Shown: positions 1-9,952 of the stretch, one piece after another | Numbering within the stretch: position 1 is the first letter of the stretch | Layout: the number at the start of each line of letters is the position of its first letter | Origin: a virus | Lineage: Duplodnaviria; Caudoviricetes | Virus record (IMG/VR): IMGVR_UViG_3300042307_001090 | Coordinates: 1 to 62,007 of that record | Direction: 5' to 3' (one strand) | Length of the DNA: 62,007 bases | Program-made: the position numbers and the translations under genes | Notes under the pieces: model-generated | Databases searched by the model: none | The model's input: the letters and a program-made list of their open reading frames with translations, nothing else | What the model was told of the DNA's origin: nothing

Positions 1-2
1 TC

Positions 3-3000
3 ATGGAAGCGCCTTCACTGGAAGAGAAGCAGGCTGTGATGAAGTCGATGTGGTCTGATGAGCAAATGCGGGTAATGAATGGCGTAGCTCAACAGGCGGC
101 TTTTGCTGATTTGGATGCTGACATGCAGGCGTCTTACATAGAGCAAGGTTCTGGTGAAGGTGCTCAGATTCGTCGTCTGGAAGATGGCATGTTTGAGGTG
201 ACGACTCCTGACGGTGAGTTATTGGATAACACAAGCAGTCCTGATGCGGCTTTGGAGTTGGCGCGTGATTGGAATGCTGCCGATCAACTGAACGAGACTG
301 CGGCCATTGAAGACATGATTGGTTATGTCGAGAGCTTCCAAGAAGCAGGGCAGTCGATTGAGCTGATGGACAAGTCAAAGACGCTTCAGGATCGCGTTGA
401 TGCGGGTGACTTCACGCAAGAAGAGGCTGATGGGATTGTGCAGCTTTACACGGAAATGGGGCGGCTGAATGAAGGGGCAACGCCTGGCTCTGTTTTGATT
501 ACGGGTGAGAATGAAGTGACCAAGTATGATGCGCGTCGGCGTATCGTGTCGGACGTTTCACGCATCTATGACGGTGCAAGTCCGCTGACTGTGGTGGAAG
601 AGCACGCTGAGGGTTATCTGAAGCGGCGTCTGGCTGATGGTTCTGTGACGCTTGAAGACATTGTGCGGTGGCGTAAGAGCACGGGGAGCACTGTAACGGA
701 TGCTTCAGAGCGTGCGCTGATTGAGTGGTTTAGTGAGCAGTCACAAGCCTATCTGGTGGGCAAGTCGAACGCTGAAGCGTTGCCTGCTACCTTTCGCCAA
801 TTCCTGAGCAAGCTGCGGAAGTATCTCGGTAAGATTCTTGATCTGTCTGTTCGGCTGATGGATCTGGAAGCGTCTGGCAAGATGGATGGCAACTTTAAGA
901 CTCACCTGGCGCGGTCGGTGGGGCTGGATCAAGCTCACATTGATGCTCAAATGCGGGCTGAAGAGGTGGGGCAAATGGATGGGCGTGGCACTGAGCTTAT
1001 GGGGTGGCTGAAGGGCAAGCTGCCGCATCCTGATACGGCAAAGGCTAACGGTGAGCAACTGGCGGGTGAGCTGGCTACGGTGTGGGAGGGATTTAAGTCA
1101 CCACAAGCGGCGCGTGCGTTCTTTGCGCCAAAGGGTGTTTACACGCCACTGGATCAACTGGCTGGCATGGCACGGGATGACGGGTTTCCTTTCGAGACGG
1201 CTGATGATCTGTTGAAAGCCATTGATTCGTCACTGCGCGGCGAAGAGGTGTTTGCTGATGCTGGCACTGGTGCGACGTTCAGCCTGAGCGATTCACGGGC
1301 AAAGCCTGAAGACGCAAGCAACGTCACGGTGCTGCCTGATGGTGCGCAACTGGTCGGGCCTACTACGTTCAGCTTAACAGCCTATCATGGCACTCCTCAC
1401 AAGGTGGACAAGTTCAGCATGGACAAGATCGGAACGGGCGAGGGTGCGCAGGCTTACGGCTGGGGGCTTTACTTCGCGGAGAATAAAGCGGTGGGCGAAG
1501 AATATAGGAGGAGTCTATCAGACAACATGCTTTCGCGTGATGTTCTAAAGGAGTATTTTAAGGAAGGGGCTATCATACCGTCATATGGCGGCATGGATCG
1601 CGTTGTTAAATTAAATCTCGGTGTAGATGTCGCTAATTGGAGTGTGGACGTTCAAGCGGTTGTGCCTGACGGAAAAGGGGGGTGGAAAAAGGAAAGTGAT
1701 TATGGCACTGGAATCCGTAACCATAGCACTTATCCAAGTCCCAAAAATTTAGATAAGTTGGGAATAAAGAGGGGCAACCTGTATACCGTAGAGCTACTAC
1801 CAGACGCCGATGACTTCCTTGACTGGGACAAGCCACTGAGAGAGCAAAGCGATAAGGTTAAGGAGGCTTTGGCTAAGGTGGACAACCGGCTAGTTAAGGC
1901 TTTGGCTGAAGTTGCTGCTGGTGGTCGTCCTAGGGACGTAGCGGTAAGCCATGGGGTTAACGTGATAGACCTTTACCTAGGTTCTGGCGGTGCAATGGTG
2001 CAAACGCTAGGTGGTGACGCTGCGGCATCTAAGACGCTGGCGGCTGCTGGCATTCCAGGAATCCGCTACTTAGACGGAGCAAGCCGTGGCAAGGGTGGCA
2101 CGTCCAACTACGTCATCTTTGACGAGTCGCTTGTGAAGATCATCGAAGAGAACGGCAAGAAGGTGGAGCAAGCGGGGGCTACGTTCTCGCCGGCTGACAT
2201 CAGCGCGAAGTGGGAAGCGCGTGGCATCAAAAACCAAGTGAGCGAAAAGGGCGGGGTAATTACTCTGTCTTCAATTCGCGTGTCTGACACTGAGCAGGCC
2301 CAGGGTCTTGGCACGGCAGCAATGAAGGAGTTGACGGCCTACGCCGACAAAAGCGGGCAAATGATCGCGCTAACACCTTCAGTTGATTTTGGGGCGTCTT
2401 CGGTTGGACGGTTGCGAGACTTTTACAAGCGATTTGGCTTCGTGGAAAACAAGGGCAGGAACAAAGACTTCCGAGTCAGGGAGACGATGATTCGTGAAGC
2501 CAAGAAGGGCGGGAAAGCTGACATCACAATGGGCATGGAGTCGCTTGACCGTGCAAATGAGATTAAGGCAGTGATGCGGAAGCATAAGATTGCTGCGCGT
2601 GTGGCTGCTGCGGATCACCAAGGGGAAGCGTTCTCACCTGAAATGCGTAAGGCTATGGAAGACCGGCTTTATCGCGTGGTTCCCAATAAGGAAACGGTGG
2701 CTGAAGCGTTAAAGGTGGTAACGGAGAAGGGTGTTGGTAATGCGTTGGAGCTTGTTCTGTCACGAACCAGTACGCTCACGCCCAACGTGCAGGTTGCTCT
2801 TGGAATGGCACTGATGGAGCATTTCAATGCCAAGAAGCAGTTTGAGAAGGCGATTGAAGTAGGTGAGCGAGTGAATGAGTTGGGCACTGAGTTGGGGCGT
2901 GGTGTTCAGGCGTTCAGTCTGTTGGGCAACGTGCTCGATACTCCTGAAAAGGCTCAAATCTTCCTGTCTAATAAGCTGAAGAGCTTGGAAGCGGCTTTGC

Positions 3001-5825
3001 GTGAGCGTAAGCCGGTCATTGACGCATCCAAAGAGGTGTTGGCTAACGTGCAGGAAGAGGCGTTGAAGCTTTTGGAGAAATGGCTTGATGAGATTAACGG
3101 GGTTTCTGGTAAGCCGATGGCTTCACGGAAGGCTGTTAGAACTGAGGATTTGCCTGATATTACCTTCGCACTGAGCCAAGACGTGCGGAAGTCAGGCATT
3201 GTGTCGGTTGTGGCTCGTATGCTCAAGGAATCGGGTGCTGCGGAGACGCGGAAGGCACTGGTTGAGAAGTACGGCGACAAGGTTGCTCCTCATGTGGCTG
3301 ACATTCTCATTGAGGCACAAAAGCAACTGACGGCAAAGGCTGCGGCTAAGAAGGCGAAGCCAAAGGTGGATAAGCCTGGCGCTGCTGCTGAGGATAAAGG
3401 CAAAGATCGCAGTGGGCCACGGATGAGCGAAGAGGAGATTGATAACGCACTGGCTGAGATTCACGCCACGGGGCGCAAGGTAGGCTTCCAAGATCAAATG
3501 GTTGCCATTGAAGAGCATTTCCAAGGTAAGCGTATGACTGATGCTCAGATTGAGGACACGCTTGCGCTAGGGCGTGCAATGGGCATCGGTGGCACTACTA
3601 CCACGCTGGAAGGGTTTGATGACCTGGTTAAGCGGTTTGAGGATGAGGTAATCAACCGGCTGAAGGTGAAAGGTCATGATGCGCCAAAGTCGCTGCGTGA
3701 TGCCGTGCGGAAGCTGTTTGAAACCAAGGGCGTCAAGTTTACCCGTGAGGACATTGCGCGGGTGTTCGCTGAGAAGTTCAAAGTGCCAAAGGCAACGGAG
3801 ACGCAAAATAAGCGCCTAGTGGAGTTGGCTGAGAACATTCGGAGCACGCCTGAGTTTTCGACTGCTCGGACTGATGCAACGGTGGAGCTGATGAACCACG
3901 TCAATGAAATCCTGAAGCCGGTTGATTGGGTGGATATTGGTTGGTCACTTTGGTATGCCAACGTGTTGAGCGGGTATAACACCCATTTCCGCAATCTTTA
4001 CGCGAATACCTTAGAGCAAATGGTTTCGCTTCCATTGGAAGCAATGCGGGCGAATCCAGTTAAGACGCTGCAACTGATGCGTGAAATGCTTTACGGGGTG
4101 AAGGCTGGGGCGTCTATCGGCCTAGCTGAAGCCAAGAATCAGTTGAAGACGGGTGAAGCGTCGGTGTTGCAAACTGAGTCGAACAAGTTTGGCAGTTCCG
4201 GCACGTTGGAGCGGGTTGACTTCGCTGGTGGGCAGGCAAATCCGTTCAACTGGCTGAAGGTAGTTGGTCGTGCTCTGCGTGCGGAAGATTTGTTTGCCTA
4301 CGCAACGGCTCAGGAAGCCAAGGCGCGCATGGTTGCGTGGGAAATGGCTGACGCAAAGGGGCTGATTGGTGCGGAGCGTCAAGCTGAGGTTGAAAAGCTC
4401 TTAAACGCCACGGATGAGCAGATTGGTGACTTCGCTGAACGGGCTGCGCGTGAGTGGGATGGTCTGAGCGATGAGCTGAAGGCCAAGGGCAATCGTGAAC
4501 AGTGGGAAGCGCGACGGGTGAAAGAGCTGCGTCTGTTGGAGCGTGATGGTGCTCTGATTGAGCGGGCGAGTGAGTTTGCGGCGCGTGCTACGTTCAATTA
4601 CAAGCCTGATGGGTTTGTTGGGCTTATGGCGAACAGCTTGATTGATGTAATGAATGGGCTTGGTCGTGCTGATACGACTGGACAAGCTGAGGTTGTGCAA
4701 AAGGCACTGATGACGGCTCCTAAGTTGGTGGTGCCGTTTGTTCGGATTGTCGCCAATGTGCTTAATCGTGGCATTGATTACACGGGCATGGGCATTGCAC
4801 GGTCTGCTTTTGAAACTAAGCGAGTTGGGGCGGCTGCTGGTAAGAATGGGTTTGTTGCCAAGTCAGCCGATGAGCGGGCAATGGAGTTGAAGCGGGGCAT
4901 TTTCGGCATTGTTGCCTTGGGTGTGCTGTCCAGCCTGGCGAATCCTGACGATCCTGAGGCAGAGATTCAGATTCACGGCTCTGGTGCTGGCTCACGCGAG
5001 AAGAACCAGGCGCTTAACGGGCCGCGGTGGATGCCTTATTCAATCGAGTTCAGGGGCAAAGAAGGGTCTAAGTTTTACACCTTCCAATACAGCCCTTTGC
5101 TCATGGGGCTGGCCTTGGTTGGTAATTACCACGATGCGAAGCGTTATCGTAAGCTCGATGAAAAGGATTTGACTGAGCGCCTGGCGGTGGCGGCTGCTGG
5201 TGTTGGTTCGGTGCTGCTCGATCAGTCGTTTCTTTCCAATGCTGCCGATCTTGTGAACATGTTTGGACGTGATGGGCAGGTGTCCCAAAATGCGCTTTAT
5301 TCGTTCATGGGTCGCACCTTCAATCCTTCCACGGTAGCGATTCCGTTTTCGTCACTGCTGCGTCAATTGGAGCGTGACTTTGATCCAGTGCAGCGGAGTA
5401 AACCGGACATCAAAGCGGCGTTGTTCTCCAATGTGCCGGTTGCAGCACGGGCGAATGATCCAGCGTTGGACATTCTTGGGGATGCGATTGCGAACAGGCC
5501 GTTTGACTGGTTGGCGCGTGCGTCTGTCGATGGCACTCCTGAAGCGCGGATTTACCGTGCGTTTGGGGCTAAAGACCTGGTTCCTACGTCTGTCTGGTCT
5601 TACAAAGGCAAGATGGAGCCGGAACAGTTCTACCAATTCACCAAGGAGCGCGGTGCGTTGTTGAAGGAGTCGCTGATGCGCAATGATGCGGCGTTCCTGA
5701 AGTTAATCGAATCTTCCAACGAAGAAGTTGCTGCGAAGATTCTCGAAAACCTTTCTCGTTCGGCTACGCAAATGGCGCGAGTTCGGGTCGGCTATTTCCC
5801 TGAAGTTAAAACCAAAACCAAATAA
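3..5825 (+). CDS. Large polyvalent (DarB/LPD-type) phage protein, probably virion-ejected; ADP-ribosyltransferase-like and GNAT-like domains; possibly 5' partial
   Basis: 1940 aa ORF. ART-like motifs YHGTPH..F...IGTGEGAQAYGWGLYFAE and YVIFD (~1377-2155). GNAT-like QGLGT...LRDFYKRFGF (~2190-2500). Long helical C-terminus. Directly precedes a podovirus-type fibre gene. Confidence 0.75.
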   Translation: MEAPSLEEKQAVMKSMWSDEQMRVMNGVAQQAAFADLDADMQASYIEQGSGEGAQIRRLEDGMFEVTTPDGELLDNTSSPDAALELARDWNAADQLNETAAIEDMIGYVESFQEAGQSIELMDKSKTLQDRVDAGDFTQEEADGIVQLYTEMGRLNEGATPGSVLITGENEVTKYDARRRIVSDVSRIYDGASPLTVVEEHAEGYLKRRLADGSVTLEDIVRWRKSTGSTVTDASERALIEWFSEQSQAYLVGKSNAEALPATFRQFLSKLRKYLGKILDLSVRLMDLEASGKMDGNFKTHLARSVGLDQAHIDAQMRAEEVGQMDGRGTELMGWLKGKLPHPDTAKANGEQLAGELATVWEGFKSPQAARAFFAPKGVYTPLDQLAGMARDDGFPFETADDLLKAIDSSLRGEEVFADAGTGATFSLSDSRAKPEDASNVTVLPDGAQLVGPTTFSLTAYHGTPHKVDKFSMDKIGTGEGAQAYGWGLYFAENKAVGEEYRRSLSDNMLSRDVLKEYFKEGAIIPSYGGMDRVVKLNLGVDVANWSVDVQAVVPDGKGGWKKESDYGTGIRNHSTYPSPKNLDKLGIKRGNLYTVELLPDADDFLDWDKPLREQSDKVKEALAKVDNRLVKALAEVAAGGRPRDVAVSHGVNVIDLYLGSGGAMVQTLGGDAAASKTLAAAGIPGIRYLDGASRGKGGTSNYVIFDESLVKIIEENGKKVEQAGATFSPADISAKWEARGIKNQVSEKGGVITLSSIRVSDTEQAQGLGTAAMKELTAYADKSGQMIALTPSVDFGASSVGRLRDFYKRFGFVENKGRNKDFRVRETMIREAKKGGKADITMGMESLDRANEIKAVMRKHKIAARVAAADHQGEAFSPEMRKAMEDRLYRVVPNKETVAEALKVVTEKGVGNALELVLSRTSTLTPNVQVALGMALMEHFNAKKQFEKAIEVGERVNELGTELGRGVQAFSLLGNVLDTPEKAQIFLSNKLKSLEAALRERKPVIDASKEVLANVQEEALKLLEKWLDEINGVSGKPMASRKAVRTEDLPDITFALSQDVRKSGIVSVVARMLKESGAAETRKALVEKYGDKVAPHVADILIEAQKQLTAKAAAKKAKPKVDKPGAAAEDKGKDRSGPRMSEEEIDNALAEIHATGRKVGFQDQMVAIEEHFQGKRMTDAQIEDTLALGRAMGIGGTTTTLEGFDDLVKRFEDEVINRLKVKGHDAPKSLRDAVRKLFETKGVKFTREDIARVFAEKFKVPKATETQNKRLVELAENIRSTPEFSTARTDATVELMNHVNEILKPVDWVDIGWSLWYANVLSGYNTHFRNLYANTLEQMVSLPLEAMRANPVKTLQLMREMLYGVKAGASIGLAEAKNQLKTGEASVLQTESNKFGSSGTLERVDFAGGQANPFNWLKVVGRALRAEDLFAYATAQEAKARMVAWEMADAKGLIGAERQAEVEKLLNATDEQIGDFAERAAREWDGLSDELKAKGNREQWEARRVKELRLLERDGALIERASEFAARATFNYKPDGFVGLMANSLIDVMNGLGRADTTGQAEVVQKALMTAPKLVVPFVRIVANVLNRGIDYTGMGIARSAFETKRVGAAAGKNGFVAKSADERAMELKRGIFGIVALGVLSSLANPDDPEAEIQIHGSGAGSREKNQALNGPRWMPYSIEFRGKEGSKFYTFQYSPLLMGLALVGNYHDAKRYRKLDEKDLTERLAVAAAGVGSVLLDQSFLSNAADLVNMFGRDGQVSQNALYSFMGRTFNPSTVAIPFSSLLRQLERDFDPVQRSKPDIKAALFSNVPVAARANDPALDILGDAIANRPFDWLARASVDGTPEARIYRAFGAKDLVPTSVWSYKGKMEPEQFYQFTKERGALLKESLMRNDAAFLKLIESSNEEVAAKILENLSRSATQMARVRVGYFPEVKTKTK

Positions 5826-5830
5826 AGATT

Positions 5831-8383
5831 ATGTCCGTAACAAATGAAACGTATCGCGTGCAGGCCACGCTTGCCACTGCCATTCAAGCAATTCCCGTCA
5901 CGTTCTACTTCTTGGAACAAGACGATTTGATCGTTTACCAAACGGTTGCAGGGGTGGATACGCTGATGGCGCTGAACACTAATTACACCTTAACGGGTGA
6001 GGGCGTGGAAGCAGGGGGTACGCTGACCACCATTGGCGGAACTGTGGGGGCTGTTTGGACTATCGCACGGGCGGATGCACTCACCCAGTCGGAAGAGTTC
6101 ATTTACAGCGGTTCTTTGGCACCTTCTGCGGTTGAGCGTGGTTATGACCGGCTGGCGATGCAGATTCAGCGCATTTACAGCATGGCGGCACGTTCGATTC
6201 GCTTACCTGTGACCAATGCGGAAGGTGGAGAGCTGGCATTGAATGACCGCAAGGGCACCATCTTGGGGTTTGATGCGAGCACTGGCGCGGTGGAGTTCAC
6301 CACTAAGCAAAGTCTTTTAGACGATGCGGCTGCTGCTGCTGAGGCGGCTGCTCAGCCTTTGGTGGATGCTGCTGAAGCGGCTAAAACTGCGGCTGAGCTG
6401 GCTGAAACCAATGCCGAGACTGCTGAAGCTAATGCGGTTGCTGCGGCTGGCACGGCTGCGGATGACGCTGCTGCTGCGGTGGTGGTGAGCTTGACTGCTG
6501 CTGTTCAGGTCTTGACTGACACTGCCACGCTTCAGGCTGGTTTGTCTGCTGATAGTGCAGCGGATTCAGAGCTTGCCAAGGAAGCTGCGCAAGTGGCTCA
6601 GGTTGCTGCGGAGTTAGCTGAAACTAACGCTGAAACTGCTGAAGCCAATGCAGAGCAAGCGGTGATTGATGCTGCTGCACAGTTGGCGTTGGCTACCACG
6701 CAAGCGAACAATGCTGCGGGTTCTGCGTCATCTGCCAGTGCGTCGGCTGCTTCTGCCGACGCCAGCGCCACGGCTGCGCTCAACGCCATCAGCCAAGCCT
6801 ACAAAGGCGAGCTGGCGGGCGCGAGCGTCCCCGCCACCAGCACGACCAACGGCGACACCTACCGCATCACCTCGGCAGGCACGAGCCAGGGCAAGACGTG
6901 GGTGGTTGGTGACGCCGCGATCTACAACGGAAGCTCGGGCCAATGGACGCAGCTCACGGGCTTTTACATTTACGCCGACGCCGCCGACATCGCCAGCAAA
7001 GCGGCGCTGATCGAGCGCGAGGGCCTGCGGTTCGACGGCACGGCGGGCGCGGTGATTGGTGGCGGCGGGATTCCGGCTGTGGGGACTGGGGATTTTACGG
7101 TCTGGTTTATGATAAATCCCGGTGCTGCCTTCATACCACGATTTTTATTTGGAGCTTCTGGGGCGTTTGGGTTGCAGGCATTAAACGTTAGCGGCGGGCT
7201 TGAAGTTGTGAAAGTCGGCATTGCTAATATTGGTTCATCTTCAATCGTGTTTAGTGCGGGCCTACCTACCATAATTCACTATGTTAGAAGCGCAGGGGTC
7301 GGCTCTTTTTACCGTAACGGATCATTTGTTGATTCGATTACAGATACCACGAACTACACTGCTAGTTCCACGTTCATAAATTCAGAAATTGATGGAGTTT
7401 CAAATGCCAGCGCCAACACGTATGCTCATTTTGGGCACGCCAACTACGCCCTAACCCAGTCCGAAATCACGGCCCTAATCGGTCGCGGTCTGGTCACGCT
7501 GCCGGAGCAACGCGGCGGGAGTATGGTGAGCCTAATCCCATCTGGCAACGGCGCATCACTTGGAGCAACCGACGCTAATAACCTCACCAATTGGAGCGCA
7601 TATTTAGCAACTGGAAGCGTTGGTTCAGGAACGCGAACGGGTGGCGCTGGATCGTATTATGCGAGGTTCACCCGAGCGGGAATTGATTTTAATGCGTGGT
7701 ATAATCCGGCCAAAATAGTTTCAGTTAATCAAAAATACCTGATTCGCTTTTGGGCTAGGGCATCGGTATCAGGAAATATAAATTTTCAGATGCGATCAGG
7801 CGGAGCAGGTAGCAGTACTAGCGCCGCTTTTGCCTTAACTACCGCATGGTCACAATTTAGCTACACTTGTGTAGTTACCGCAAATACTACGATTGATCGC
7901 CTATCATTTGATATGGCGGGCATTGGTATCAACGGGGACTATTTTGATATAGACGATTTTGAAGTAATCCCCCTCGGCACGCTATTCGAGCAGGACAGCG
8001 GCCAGCGCAACGGCGGCTACATGATCCGCGACACCTCAGGCAACGGTCGCCACCTCGAACTACCCGAAACAGGCGTCTCGATTAACGACCCCGCCGACAC
8101 GGGATTTATCGAGTACACCCGCACCACGGACGGCTATCTCCTCGGCGACCGCCGCGTGATCCCATCCACTGGCTACCTAGTCGAAGTCGTCGCCACCGGC
8201 AACGGCACCGTGACCCTTGGCGAATCCGCAGGCACGCCCGCCAACGTGTGCGCCTCGGTCACGCTCACCAGCACGCCGCAGATTCTTCCCATCCTAGTGA
8301 CCCAAACGAGCACGGGTAAGCTCTACTGCGACCTCGGCACCGCCACCACCGCCACCTTCAAGATCCGCCTCCGCGCCGTTTAA
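5831..8383 (+). CDS. Tail fibre/receptor-binding protein with T7 gp17-like N-terminal adaptor, Ala-rich stalk, and LamG-like and carbohydrate-binding-like domains (probably chimeric)
   Basis: N-terminus TFYFLEQDDLIVY...NYTLTG...ERGYDRLAMQIQ is typical of podoviral fibre adaptors. AETNAETAEANA repeats, then beta-rich domains. 7441-7684 is shared with the fibre at the window end. Confidence 0.8.
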   Translation: MSVTNETYRVQATLATAIQAIPVTFYFLEQDDLIVYQTVAGVDTLMALNTNYTLTGEGVEAGGTLTTIGGTVGAVWTIARADALTQSEEFIYSGSLAPSAVERGYDRLAMQIQRIYSMAARSIRLPVTNAEGGELALNDRKGTILGFDASTGAVEFTTKQSLLDDAAAAAEAAAQPLVDAAEAAKTAAELAETNAETAEANAVAAAGTAADDAAAAVVVSLTAAVQVLTDTATLQAGLSADSAADSELAKEAAQVAQVAAELAETNAETAEANAEQAVIDAAAQLALATTQANNAAGSASSASASAASADASATAALNAISQAYKGELAGASVPATSTTNGDTYRITSAGTSQGKTWVVGDAAIYNGSSGQWTQLTGFYIYADAADIASKAALIEREGLRFDGTAGAVIGGGGIPAVGTGDFTVWFMINPGAAFIPRFLFGASGAFGLQALNVSGGLEVVKVGIANIGSSSIVFSAGLPTIIHYVRSAGVGSFYRNGSFVDSITDTTNYTASSTFINSEIDGVSNASANTYAHFGHANYALTQSEITALIGRGLVTLPEQRGGSMVSLIPSGNGASLGATDANNLTNWSAYLATGSVGSGTRTGGAGSYYARFTRAGIDFNAWYNPAKIVSVNQKYLIRFWARASVSGNINFQMRSGGAGSSTSAAFALTTAWSQFSYTCVVTANTTIDRLSFDMAGIGINGDYFDIDDFEVIPLGTLFEQDSGQRNGGYMIRDTSGNGRHLELPETGVSINDPADTGFIEYTRTTDGYLLGDRRVIPSTGYLVEVVATGNGTVTLGESAGTPANVCASVTLTSTPQILPILVTQTSTGKLYCDLGTATTATFKIRLRAV
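7441..7684 (+). repeat. 244-bp direct repeat, copy 1 (copy 2 at 61764-62007)
   Basis: Read by eye; identical apart from 3 substitutions (7474/61797, 7483/61806, 7667/61990). Confidence 0.95.
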
Positions 8384-8387
8384 TCCC

Positions 8388-8636
8388 ATGCCACTTAATC
8401 CCGAGCCCATCCCATCGCGCTTTCCCTTGGTGCTTACCCGCACCAACGACGAAGCTGCCACGCCCATCCTCACCGCCACCGCCTGCTATCCCGAGGACGG
8501 CCCACTCGGCTCTGTCACCTTCGACACGCCGACCGACAAGGCACGCGGCGCGCTGTTTCTCGTTTCGCAAAACGGCAATGACCCCGAGGCGATCCCCGAG
8601 GCTAACCTGCTCGCGGCGATCAACGCCATCCTGTGA
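8388..8636 (+). CDS. Hypothetical protein (fibre-associated)
   Basis: 82 aa ORF 4 bp after the fibre stop; codon style matches neighbouring genes. Confidence 0.6.
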   Translation: MPLNPEPIPSRFPLVLTRTNDEAATPILTATACYPEDGPLGSVTFDTPTDKARGALFLVSQNGNDPEAIPEANLLAAINAIL

Positions 8637-8670
8637 AGCTTGCGCTCATCATCTGCATCGCCTTCTCGCC

Positions 8671-9210
8671 GTGAAAATCGCAGCACTTTTAGTCGCCCTT
8701 CTAATCTCCGCAGGCTGCACTAGCCAACGGTCAATCAGCGTTCCGCGCGTTCCCGATTGGATTCCCGCGAAGGCCGTCACGGTTTCCGAGGTGATCGCCA
8801 GATCCAGACAACTCGTGCACGTGTCCCCTCAGCTTAGCGACGGGGCATTCACCACAGTTAGCCGCGAGTGGCTTGACCTTGCTTTGCCTTGGTCGTGGGA
8901 GTTTGCCATTGCCACCGGCCTTGCCTACGTGCCCGAGTCATTTGACTGCGACAAATTCGCCAAAGCATTCTCTCTATCCGCTGAAATCTCCGCAGCTCGC
9001 GCAGGCGTAAAAGCGCAGCCGCTCGTCGCGCGAATTTACGTCATGCAGGTAAAAGCATGGGGCGGCATACCGATTGGCGGGGCCCACGCGCTCATCGCCG
9101 TAGCAACCGATGCCGGGGTAATTATTGTCGAACCACAAACAAGGGCCACCATTTCGCTAGACGAGTATCCAAATCGCGACCACATTTTCGCGGTCAAAAT
9201 TGGCGGGTAA
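8671..9210 (+). CDS. Lipoprotein with putative papain/transglutaminase-like Cys-His-Glu fold
   Basis: GTG start gives signal peptide MKIAALLVALLISAG-C (lipobox). Motifs FDCDKFA, AHALI, IIVEPQ. Confidence 0.6.
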   Translation: MKIAALLVALLISAGCTSQRSISVPRVPDWIPAKAVTVSEVIARSRQLVHVSPQLSDGAFTTVSREWLDLALPWSWEFAIATGLAYVPESFDCDKFAKAFSLSAEISAARAGVKAQPLVARIYVMQVKAWGGIPIGGAHALIAVATDAGVIIVEPQTRATISLDEYPNRDHIFAVKIGG

Positions 9211-9221
9211 ATTATTTGTAA

Positions 9222-9485
9222 ATGTCGAACGACACAAAAAACTCAATCGCATGGTGGATCGACACCGTGTGGAAACTCTCAGTTCCGCTCGGCATCGTTG
9301 CTGTGTTTTACTTAAAGGCGACGTTCGCCACCGGCGAAGACGTGCGGGCGCTCTCTGACCGGATCACGAAATCAGAGACCGCTATTCTCTTGCTCACCGA
9401 AAAGCAGAAGGACGACATCCGTCAGGATGATCTCATTAAGGACCACGAGATCCGGCTCAGAAACCTTGAGCGCGGGGTGCGTTAA
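9222..9485 (+). CDS. Single-TM coiled-coil protein, holin-like candidate
   Basis: One hydrophobic helix (LSVPLGIVAVFYL) followed by coiled coil ending HEIRLRNLE. Confidence 0.5.
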   Translation: MSNDTKNSIAWWIDTVWKLSVPLGIVAVFYLKATFATGEDVRALSDRITKSETAILLLTEKQKDDIRQDDLIKDHEIRLRNLERGVR

Positions 9486-9496
9486 TTTTCATCATC

Positions 9497-9952
9497 ATGA
9501 ACATGTCCAGCGCATACTTCCCGCGCCCGCTCAATATGCGCGTGCATCCAGACAAGCCGCGCGTTGCTATTCTAATGACCCCCTTCACGTTTAAGTCTCC
9601 GTCGCTGGGGATCATTCGCGTGGAGGCGGGGTTTGATACCGACTACGCCAGCGTACCCCGCGTCTTTTGGGCAATTTATCCGCCCGACGGCGAATATCGC
9701 GCCGCCGCTGTGATCCACGACTTTCTCTATTGGGCGCAGTCCTACACGGAGGGACACCCTCCAATCGTTCGCGAGCAGGCTGACACCGTTTTTCTTGAGG
9801 CGCTTTACGCCTGTGGTGTTCCTTGGCTGCGGCGTCACATTCTCCATAAGTCTGTTCGCTTGGGCGGCTGGGTAGCGTGGAACAAACGCGCCAAGGAAAT
9901 AGCCGCCGAGCGCAACACCACTTCGCAACCACAACAAGAGACCAACGCATGA
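9497..9952 (+). CDS. DUF1353 family protein
   Basis: Motif GFDTDYASVPR...AAVIHDFLY...ADTVFLEAL...VRLGG. Confidence 0.85.
   Translation: MNMSSAYFPRPLNMRVHPDKPRVAILMTPFTFKSPSLGIIRVEAGFDTDYASVPRVFWAIYPPDGEYRAAAVIHDFLYWAQSYTEGHPPIVREQADTVFLEALYACGVPWLRRHILHKSVRLGGWVAWNKRAKEIAAERNTTSQPQQETNA

Noticed and set aside
7100-7684. Diversity-generating retroelement (TR/VR pair) in the tail fibres
   Set aside because: No reverse transcriptase ORF. The three mismatches in the repeat are C/G, T/A and T/C, which is not a convincing adenine-specific pattern, and the adjacent variable blocks differ throughout.
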